This document shows, one piece after another, positions 29,088 to 35,055 of a stretch of 35,055 nt of DNA. The DNA is from Smithellaceae bacterium (GTDB lineage Bacteria > Desulfobacterota > Syntrophia > Syntrophales > Smithellaceae). Both the position numbers and the translations under genes were made by a program. The notes beneath the pieces are model-generated. The model did no database searches, had not been told where the DNA came from, and saw only the letters and a list, made by a program, of their open reading frames with translations. The stretch is taken from contig JAWOJC010000315.1 in assembly GCA_046484315.1 (NCBI GenBank), forward strand, positions 1-35,055, read 5' to 3'. Numbering within the stretch: position 1 is the first letter of the stretch; every line of letters begins with the position of its first letter.

Positions 29088-29429
29088 ATGTCAAGACCGA
29101 AATGCTGCCGCAAAGTTTGCGGCGTGCCGGATAGCAATTATTTCAAGCCACGCGGGATCCCTGCTTCCGAACTGGAGGAAATCGTGCTCAGTCTCGATGA
29201 GTTCGAGGCGATTCGTCTGGCGGACTATGAAGGTATGTATCACGAACAGGCGGCGGTCCGGATGGAAATATCCCGCCAGACTTTCGGCCGGATCGTCGAA
29301 GCGGCGCGAAAAAAAATTGCGGATGTGCTGGTTTCCGGAAAGGCGCTTCGTATTGAAGGCGGCGACGTGACCGTGGACGAATCAGGCCGGTGCGACAGAA
29401 ACCGCACATTTGCAAAAGACGAAAACTAA
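29088..29429 (+). CDS. DUF134 (UPF0251) predicted DNA-binding protein
   Basis: 113 aa from the ATG at 29088. Signature: MSRPKCCRKVCGVP..YFKPRGIP...LSLDEFEAIRLADYEGMYHEQAAVRMEISRQTFGRIVEAARKKIA. Confidence 0.85.
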   Translation: MSRPKCCRKVCGVPDSNYFKPRGIPASELEEIVLSLDEFEAIRLADYEGMYHEQAAVRMEISRQTFGRIVEAARKKIADVLVSGKALRIEGGDVTVDESGRCDRNRTFAKDEN

Positions 29430-29451
29430 GAAATTCCATATAAAGGAGAAA

Positions 29452-29817
29452 ATGATGAAAATCGCACTACCAACCCGTCAGAATCAAATAGACGAGCACT
29501 TCGGGCATTGTGAGTATTTTACCGTCTTTACCATTGATGATCAGAAAAAAATCCTGGCGGAAGAAAAAATTGCCTCGCCTGACGGTTGTGGCTGCAAGTC
29601 CGACATTGCCCAGGTGCTTGCCGATCAGGGTGTCAAACTCATGCTGGCCGGCAACATGGGGCAGGGCGCCGTAAGCATTTTGAACAGACAGGGCATTTCC
29701 GTGATGCGCGGCTGTTCCGGGGATGTGAAGACTGTTTTGGAGAGCTGGCTTGCCGGGAATCTTCAGGACAACGGATTAAACTGCGTGCAGCACGAGCATG
29801 GGTGTGCGGGACACTGA
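29452..29817 (+). CDS. NifX/NifB-C-like (dinitrogenase FeMo-cofactor biosynthesis domain) small protein
   Basis: MMKIALPT...IDEHFGHCEYFTVFTID ... VKLMLAGNMGQGAVSILNRQGISV matches the Nitro_FeMo-Co domain pattern. AAAGGAG SD is present; either ATG (29452 or 29455) is possible. Confidence 0.8.
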   Translation: MMKIALPTRQNQIDEHFGHCEYFTVFTIDDQKKILAEEKIASPDGCGCKSDIAQVLADQGVKLMLAGNMGQGAVSILNRQGISVMRGCSGDVKTVLESWLAGNLQDNGLNCVQHEHGCAGH

Positions 29818-29843
29818 GACAGATCACAGGAACAAAGCTCTTT

Positions 29844-29894
29844 GAAAAAAAGTCAGGCCGGTTCGGCCGCAAAGCAAAACCGGCCTGACGGTGT
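29844..29894. terminator. Bidirectional intrinsic terminator
   Basis: Perfect 12-bp stem GTCAGGCCGGTT/AACCGGCCTGAC (29852-29863 / 29878-29889). An A7 run lies upstream and a T-rich stretch downstream. Confidence 0.8.
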
Positions 29895-30101
29895 TTATTT
29901 CGGCTTGCCGATGGTGGAAATATTAAAGGGGACGTAAAGCGGACAAAAGCCGATGGCGCTGGTGACCAGAAAAATCAACGCGAAGATGCCGAGAATCAAC
30001 GCAGCGAGACCGCTGATGGTTCCGGTCAGATAGAGAATAATGACAACGACGGCCAAAAAAACCCTAATCACGCGATCAATGGTTCCCATGTTCTTTTTCA
30101 T
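29895..30101 (-). CDS. DUF2892 (YgaP-like) small membrane protein
   Basis: 68 aa from the ATG at 30101 (GAGGT SD). MKKNMGTIDRVIRV...SAIGFCPLYVPFNIST is the DUF2892 pattern. The longer track ORF to 30365 has no coding support. Confidence 0.8.
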   Translation of the reverse strand: MKKNMGTIDRVIRVFLAVVVIILYLTGTISGLAALILGIFALIFLVTSAIGFCPLYVPFNISTIGKPK

Positions 30102-30313
30102 AGCGCACCTCTTTCTTTTAGAAGCGAATGAAATGAAAAAACGATCATGAGCGTCAGGGGATGCGCGCTCATCTTCTTTTGACGGTTGCAACACCTTATC
30201 ATCAAACCATCCGGCCGGCAATCGTCTGGTTTTATTCAAACGCTTCATTCGGCGCCATGTTTTCCATCGGGGCGGTCTTCTTTTTTCTTGTCCACCGGAC
30301 AAGCGGGCCTCAT

Positions 30314-30403
30314 TCAGGTTGAAACGCCCATTTTCGGCAGCAGCCAGGTCTGAACAAAAACCCAAATGCCCACAATCAGCACAATAACAAAGATATCATT
30401 CAT
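30314..30403 (-). CDS. Candidate 29-aa hydrophobic micro-protein (MNDIFVIVLIVGIWVFVQTWLLPKMGVST)
   Basis: It is below the ORF-track length cut-off. The ATG at 30403 follows AAGGAG by 10 nt and there is a single TM-like segment. It lies between trxA and the DUF2892 gene on the same strand. No family was recognised. Confidence 0.25.
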   Translation of the reverse strand: MNDIFVIVLIVGIWVFVQTWLLPKMGVST

Positions 30404-30461
30404 GCCTATTTTTCTCCTTGTAAGGAGGAGGCGAAAACGTCACCCCCTCCGGAAGATTTCA

Positions 30462-30797
30462 TCAGTTCAATGCCGGCGCAATGAAATCGTTCAATTCGTT
30501 TTTGGAAATCAGTCCCACCTGGGTGTCCACGACCTTGCCTTCCTTGACCAGAATCAGAGTCGGAATACTCCTGACACCATACTTTGAGGCGGTCGCCGGG
30601 CTGTCATCCACATTGACCTTGACGATATTGATTCTCCCGTCGTATTGCACCGCCAACTCCTCCAGGACAGGACCGATCGCACGGCAGGGGCCGCACCAGG
30701 GCGCCCAGAAATCCACGAGCGTTGCCTTGTCTTCATTCAAAACCAGATTGGTAAAGTTTGTATCGTCCGCGTGTTTCACTGTATTTTCGTTCACCAT
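30462..30797 (-). CDS. trxA: Thioredoxin
   Basis: 111 aa from the ATG at 30797 (AAAGGAG SD 7 nt upstream). Active site WAPWCGPCR; GVRSIPTLIL. Confidence 0.95.
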   Translation of the reverse strand: MVNENTVKHADDTNFTNLVLNEDKATLVDFWAPWCGPCRAIGPVLEELAVQYDGRINIVKVNVDDSPATASKYGVRSIPTLILVKEGKVVDTQVGLISKNELNDFIAPALN

Positions 30798-30894
30798 AGC
30801 GTTTCTCCTTTGATAATTATTTTGTTTCTCATGCGGGTCTGTGTTAAATACCACCCTGTTTGGTAATACCTGTAGCGGATTGTGCTTCGGGTGT

Positions 30895-30912
30895 CATTGA
30901 TCCAGATCAATG
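30895..30912. promoter_or_regulatory. Fnr-consensus box: CATTGAT-CCAG-ATCAATG (TTGAT-N4-ATCAA, perfect inverted repeat)
   Basis: Read directly from the sequence. The box is centred 29 bp upstream of the Crp/Fnr gene ATG and about 106 bp upstream of the divergent trxA ATG. Confidence 0.6.
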
Positions 30913-30932
30913 TTGAAAGAAATATTTTTCCC

Positions 30933-31610
30933 ATGGACATTTTAAAGAGGATAAAAGAAACGGACCTGTTTTACGGTGTTTCCCCGGCAGGCATTGAAGC
31001 GCTCGCCGCGCAAGCCGTTTTGAAGAAGTTCCGGACCGGGGACATGGTGGTCGGTGAGACGGATTCAATCCGTTCATTTTATGTGGTGATTTCCGGGCAG
31101 CTCAAACTGTATCGCAGTTCGCCCGAAGGCAGAGAGCAAACCCTGCAACTGCTGGGACCGGGAGATCCCTTTGGTTTGTGTACGGCCTTTGCCACAGATT
31201 CCTTTCCGGCCAGCGCCATGGCGATTGAAGAAAGTCTGGTGCTGCTGATTCCGGGGATGCTGGTAGAGACGGTGGCCAGACGGGAGCCGTCTTTGCTTCT
31301 CAATATCATCCGGATTCTCTCGCAGCGTCTGAAAAACTCGATGAACCTGATCGAGTCTCTGTCGCTGAAGGAAGTGCCAGGCAGGCTCGCCTCGTTTCTT
31401 CTGCATGAGCTTTCGCGGGAAAAAGGGAAGACTGACCGGATTGACTTAACAATCACACAACGCGAACTGGCAAAAATTCTGGGCGCGACGCCCGAGTCGC
31501 TTTCCCGCGCGATTAGAAAAATGGCCGCGGAAGGCATCCTGATAACATCCGGACGGACCATCACGATTCTAGATCAGAACGCTCTGGCCGAACTGGCCGA
31601 AGGGGCCTGA
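30933..31610 (+). CDS. Crp/Fnr-family transcriptional regulator (cNMP-binding-like domain plus C-terminal HTH)
   Basis: 225 aa from the ATG at 30933. Beta-roll block SFYVVISGQLKLYRSSPEGREQTLQLLGPGDPFG and HTH ITQRELAKILGATPESLSRAIRKMAAEGIL. There is no N-terminal Cys cluster. Confidence 0.9.
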   Translation: MDILKRIKETDLFYGVSPAGIEALAAQAVLKKFRTGDMVVGETDSIRSFYVVISGQLKLYRSSPEGREQTLQLLGPGDPFGLCTAFATDSFPASAMAIEESLVLLIPGMLVETVARREPSLLLNIIRILSQRLKNSMNLIESLSLKEVPGRLASFLLHELSREKGKTDRIDLTITQRELAKILGATPESLSRAIRKMAAEGILITSGRTITILDQNALAELAEGA

Positions 31611-31633
31611 GGCCAAAGGCGTTTAATTGCCGC

Positions 31634-32443
31634 TTATTTCATTTTTTTCATCATGTTAGCCAGCGTCATTTCCAGCATCAACTCGCGGCCGACGGCCATG
31701 TTCGGCGCGAAATCCCGTATAAAATCGATTTCTTCATCCGTCGGGTGAGGGGTTTCCGAAAGATCGTCGGCAATTTTCAAATCCCACGGCACGTTTTTTT
31801 TGACATCCTCCACCTTCACACGCGGATGAATCTGAGCCAGATAGAGTTCCTTCGTGACGGCATCAAACCGGAAAACACCCTGGGTCGAAAGGACCATGGA
31901 GGGGCCAGAACCCTTCGGGAAGAGACCGGATTCGTCGCGGCTGTTGCCGCCTTCGAGATAGCCGGGCGAGGTGAGGTAATCGAGTTTATTGACGAAATTT
32001 CCGCCCAGCATGGTGAGCACCGTTCTTTTCGCATAGGATATGAAATCCGCCGCGCCGCCCGCGCCGGGTAGACGCATGGTCGGATTTTCATAGTCGCCGA
32101 TGACGGTCGTGTTGAGATTGCCGAACTTATCAATCTGGCCGACGCCGAGAAAACAGACATCCACAAACCCCCGGTAAGTCATAGTGAAGGCGGAAAACAG
32201 GTCTGTGGCATACGAGAAACCCCGGCAGGAATGCGCGTCCGCGATGTGATTCAACGGCAGTAGCGGCTCAAAATCAATAATGCCGGATTCCATCATCAGT
32301 GTCGCGTGCGGCGCGTAGAGCGCCTTGGCCAGGGCGCCTGCTGTTGTGGGGAGCCCCACCCCCAGAATGACATTCTCATAATCGTGAATTTCTTTCGCTA
32401 CGGCGATAATCAGCAGCTCATGAAGGGTATAGGGCTTACTCAT
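31634..32443 (-). CDS. Family-I CoA-transferase beta subunit (glutaconate CoA-transferase GctB-like)
   Basis: 269 aa from the ATG at 32443 (GAGGAA SD; ATGAGTAA overlap with the upstream stop). It contains the LMMESGIIDF catalytic-glutamate-type motif and MRLPGAGGAADF. Confidence 0.85.
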   Translation of the reverse strand: MSKPYTLHELLIIAVAKEIHDYENVILGVGLPTTAGALAKALYAPHATLMMESGIIDFEPLLPLNHIADAHSCRGFSYATDLFSAFTMTYRGFVDVCFLGVGQIDKFGNLNTTVIGDYENPTMRLPGAGGAADFISYAKRTVLTMLGGNFVNKLDYLTSPGYLEGGNSRDESGLFPKGSGPSMVLSTQGVFRFDAVTKELYLAQIHPRVKVEDVKKNVPWDLKIADDLSETPHPTDEEIDFIRDFAPNMAVGRELMLEMTLANMMKKMK

Positions 32444-33482
32444 AGAACTTTCCTCTTTCTTGCAGAATCGTTTCCATTTCAGACAGGGTGAGGCCGGTGA
32501 AGATTTCTTTTCCGTCCCGGTCCCAGCGCGAGGTAAAGGCCGCGCCGTAATTGGCGGGCGCCGAGTAATAGGGCCTGGCTTTGAGGGTGTCGAGCACACC
32601 TGAACCGAATTTTCCGATATAACGGTCGATATAGGCTGCGCGGTTTTCGCAGCCGTACACCCACTCGTCCATCCAGGCTTTGAGTCCGCCGGCCGTCGCG
32701 TCGGCCTTCATGAACAAACCGTACATGAAAGAATCAATATTATAGTGACCCAGCACTTCCGTGGGATGCGCACCCCAGGGGACTTCCACCACGGCGTTGA
32801 CGCGGTAGGCGGGAATAATGGTGAGATGCGGACTGGATTGAATAATGTCATGTTCGACGATTTCCTCGCACGAGACGATGATTTTCCGGCTGGCGAGCGC
32901 CGCCGCGGCCACGCTGCCCAGCGCGCCCCAATACTGAGCGTTGCCGAATTGATCGGCGCGCTGCACATGGACGATGCACACATCGGGATTGGCCGCCGGC
33001 ACCGTGAGCAGTTTTTTACCAGTGTAGGGGCAATCGATCACGCGGAACTTGTCTTCGCCCATAAAGCCTCGCTTGCGGAAAAGATCGGTGGCCATAACGC
33101 CTTCGAGCACCTGGATAAACGTCATGCCGTGCATGCCCGCCACCAGCCTGGCGTTGTAATCGAAGTTGGTGTAGTCCTCCATTTGAATCGTTTTGGCCTG
33201 CAGGGCGCGTTCGACTGCTGAGCCGCCTTTCTTGCCGCCCGCCCGCATGACGTAGGTGGTCACCAGCTTATCCACCGAGCCTGCGCCGACCAGCACCTCC
33301 ACGTCGAAAATGCCGGATTGCGAATACAGCGTGAAGCCCTTCTTGCCCTGACGAACGACCTCGTAGACCAGTTCGGCACAACTGCCGACAGTGTAATTGC
33401 CGATCACCAGATGATCGCCGTCTTGAACGAAACGACTGATGGCTTCTTTGGCGCTCATGATTTTTCCGTTGGATGTGTTCAT
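32436..33482 (-). CDS. Family-I CoA-transferase alpha subunit (GctA-like)
   Basis: 348 aa with GGGAGG SD. Blocks QDGDHLVIG, MEDYTNF, PDVCIVHVQRADQFGN, IVSCEEIV and WGAHPTE parallel glutaconate CoA-transferase subunit A. Confidence 0.85.
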   Translation of the reverse strand: MNTSNGKIMSAKEAISRFVQDGDHLVIGNYTVGSCAELVYEVVRQGKKGFTLYSQSGIFDVEVLVGAGSVDKLVTTYVMRAGGKKGGSAVERALQAKTIQMEDYTNFDYNARLVAGMHGMTFIQVLEGVMATDLFRKRGFMGEDKFRVIDCPYTGKKLLTVPAANPDVCIVHVQRADQFGNAQYWGALGSVAAAALASRKIIVSCEEIVEHDIIQSSPHLTIIPAYRVNAVVEVPWGAHPTEVLGHYNIDSFMYGLFMKADATAGGLKAWMDEWVYGCENRAAYIDRYIGKFGSGVLDTLKARPYYSAPANYGAAFTSRWDRDGKEIFTGLTLSEMETILQERGKFYE

Positions 33483-33568
33483 GAAAGACCTCCCGGCAGG
33501 CGCAAACAGATTAGCTGCAATGCATTGTGTTTTGCCCGATTAAGCCAGAAATTGAATTTCCCTTCAAG

Positions 33569-33598
33569 CAAAAAAGGGCGGTCTTAAGACCGCCCTTT
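33569..33598 (-). terminator. Intrinsic terminator between the carboxyltransferase gene and the CoA-transferase genes
   Basis: Minus-strand RNA: GGGCGGUC-UUAA-GACCGCCC followed by UUUUUU. Confidence 0.85.
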
Positions 33599-33604
33599 CC
33601 AATT

Positions 33605-33660
33605 CATGAGCTTGACACGTTAAACCTTGAACCCTAAACTTTAAACGAACTTCTCATCGC
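33605..33660. repeat. Eight contiguous 7-nt-phased units abutting the carboxyltransferase stop codon
   Basis: Plus-strand reading in phase: catgagc ttgacac gttaaac cttgaac cctaaac tttaaac gaacttc tcatcgc. It shares tttaaac / gttaaa units with the tract at 21572-21648. Confidence 0.6.
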
Positions 33661-35055
33661 TTATAAGGGGATATTATTGTGCTTCTTTTCTACCCTTGCC
33701 TCTTTTTTGTCTCTGAGGGCATCAAGGATCGCGATGATTCTTCTGCGTGTTTTCTGCGGCAGAATGACTTCATCGATAGCGCCCAGCGAGGCGGCGAAAT
33801 AGGGGTTGTTGAATTTTTCTTCATAGCCTGCGATCAGCTCCGCGCGCTTGGCGGCCGGATCGGCTGCCTGCGAAATTTCGCTGCGGTAGATGATGTTGCA
33901 GGCGCCTTCAGCGCCCATCACGGCGATTTCCGCCGTCGGCCAGGCCATGACATAATCCGCGCCCAGCTGCTTGCAGCACATGCCGATATAAGCGCCGCCG
34001 TAAGCCTTGCGCGTGACCACGGTGATTTTGGGAACCGTCGCTTCCGAATAGGCGTGCAGAAGTTTCGCGCCGTGTCGAATGATGCCCGCCCATTCCTGAT
34101 CTGTGCCGGGCATATAGCCGGGCACGTCGGTAAAGGTCACCAAAGGAATGTTGAAGGCATCGCAAAAACGGATGAAGCGGGCGGCCTTGTCCGACGCGTT
34201 TACATTGAGTATGCCTGCGTAGAACATGGGATTGTTGGCGATCACGCCGACGGGACGGCCCATGACCCGAATCAGCGCGACGATAATGTTTTGCGCCCAT
34301 TGATCGTGCAGTTCGAACATTTCGCCGTTGTCGGCCACGGCCTTGATCACGTTTTTCATGTTGTAGGCGCGGGATGTCTTGTCCGGGATGATCTTGTCGA
34401 GCTCCGGACAGTCGCGCTCCGCGCTGTCGGATGTCGCCGCTTCCGGCAGAGCGCTCTGACAGCAATCCGGCAGATAGGACAGCAGTATTTTAATCTTATC
34501 GATGCAGTCCGTGTCATTTTCCGTGACCACATGACAGACGCCGCTTTTGGTGGCATGCGCCACCGCGCCGCCCAGATCATTTTGCGTGACTTCCTCGCCG
34601 ATGACCGCCTTGATGACGTCAGGGCCGGTGATGTACATGTACGATTTATCTTTCACCATGAAAATCCAGTCGGTGAGCGCGGGTGAATACACGGCGCCGC
34701 CCGCCGTCGGCCCCATGATGGCCGTGATCTGCGGGATATAACCCGATGCGATGGTGTTTCGGTAGAAGATGCCGCCGTAGCCTTCCAGCGAAGGAACGCC
34801 TTCCTGAATCCGGGCTCCGCCGGAATCGTTGATGGCGACAAACGGTTTTTTCGCGGCGATGGCCATGTCCATCACCTTCCATATTTTTTTGGCGTGCATT
34901 TCGCCCAGCGTGCCGCCCGCGCTGGTGAAATCCTGCGAGGCTGCAAACACCGTGCGGCCGTTCACCTTGCCGAAACCGGTGATCACACCGTCGGCGGGAA
35001 TTGTTTTTTTATCCATGCCGAACAAATTGGATCGGTGTTCGACGAAAATCTGAAT
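33661..35055 (-). CDS. Acyl-CoA carboxylase/decarboxylase carboxyltransferase subunit (PccB / MmdA / GcdA family); 5' end is off the window
   Basis: The frame stays open to the window edge (IQIFVEHRSNLFGMDKK...). Blocks: GVITGFGKVNGRTVFAASQDFT..GGTLGE, GGARIQEG, GPTAGGAVYSPALTD, and a second CT domain (VGVIANNP, GAKLLHAY, RKAYGGAY). Confidence 0.92.
   Translation of the reverse strand: MQIFVEHRSNLFGMDKKTIPADGVITGFGKVNGRTVFAASQDFTSAGGTLGEMHAKKIWKVMDMAIAAKKPFVAINDSGGARIQEGVPSLEGYGGIFYRNTIASGYIPQITAIMGPTAGGAVYSPALTDWIFMVKDKSYMYITGPDVIKAVIGEEVTQNDLGGAVAHATKSGVCHVVTENDTDCIDKIKILLSYLPDCCQSALPEAATSDSAERDCPELDKIIPDKTSRAYNMKNVIKAVADNGEMFELHDQWAQNIIVALIRVMGRPVGVIANNPMFYAGILNVNASDKAARFIRFCDAFNIPLVTFTDVPGYMPGTDQEWAGIIRHGAKLLHAYSEATVPKITVVTRKAYGGAYIGMCCKQLGADYVMAWPTAEIAVMGAEGACNIIYRSEISQAADPAAKRAELIAGYEEKFNNPYFAASLGAIDEVILPQKTRRRIIAILDALRDKKEARVEKKHNNIPL

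Overview
This 35-kb chromosomal segment is densely coded. Its gene content and protein signatures look like an anaerobic Desulfobacterota (Desulfobacterales-like) genome; that is inference from protein motifs, since no search was possible.

Most of the window is housekeeping:
- serC-serA-purA, then tRNA-Lys(UUU) and a second short PGDH-like gene
- trkH-trkA and ileS-lspA
- radA, then groES-groEL
- trxA

Acyl-CoA metabolism sits at both ends:
- Left end: a TetR gene divergent from an acyl-CoA ligase / AbfD-like flavoprotein / large acyl-CoA dehydrogenase operon.
- Middle: a second, solitary AbfD paralog.
- Right end: glutaconate-CoA-transferase-like A/B genes plus a partial PccB/GcdA-type carboxyltransferase.

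Redox and stress genes are a cupin-flavodiiron operon, a C_GCAxxG_C_C protein, a DUF134/NifX-like pair, trxA/DUF2892 and a Crp/Fnr-family regulator.

I saw no CRISPR array, transposase, integrase or phage gene.

The best candidates for something undescribed are:
1. A divergent 5-gene unit at 13399-17008. One arm is an ATP-grasp-like protein plus an atypical SAM-methyltransferase. The other arm is an MtfA/M90 zinc peptidase, an ICMT-like membrane methyltransferase and a small 2-TM protein, translationally coupled.
2. A predicted Crp/Fnr regulon. Perfect TTGAY-N4-RTCAA palindromes lie at the regulator/trxA intergenic region and, 19 kb away, at class-II distance upstream of the cupin-flavodiiron operon.
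3. Strictly 7-nt-phased repeat tracts placed directly 3' of three minus-strand stop codons (ileS, groEL, carboxyltransferase).
4. Two AbfD-family paralogs that appear to lack part or all of the canonical Fe-S ligand set.

Every functional call rests on motif recognition by eye. Several starts were moved inward from the ORF-track maxima on the basis of SD sequences and family N-termini.
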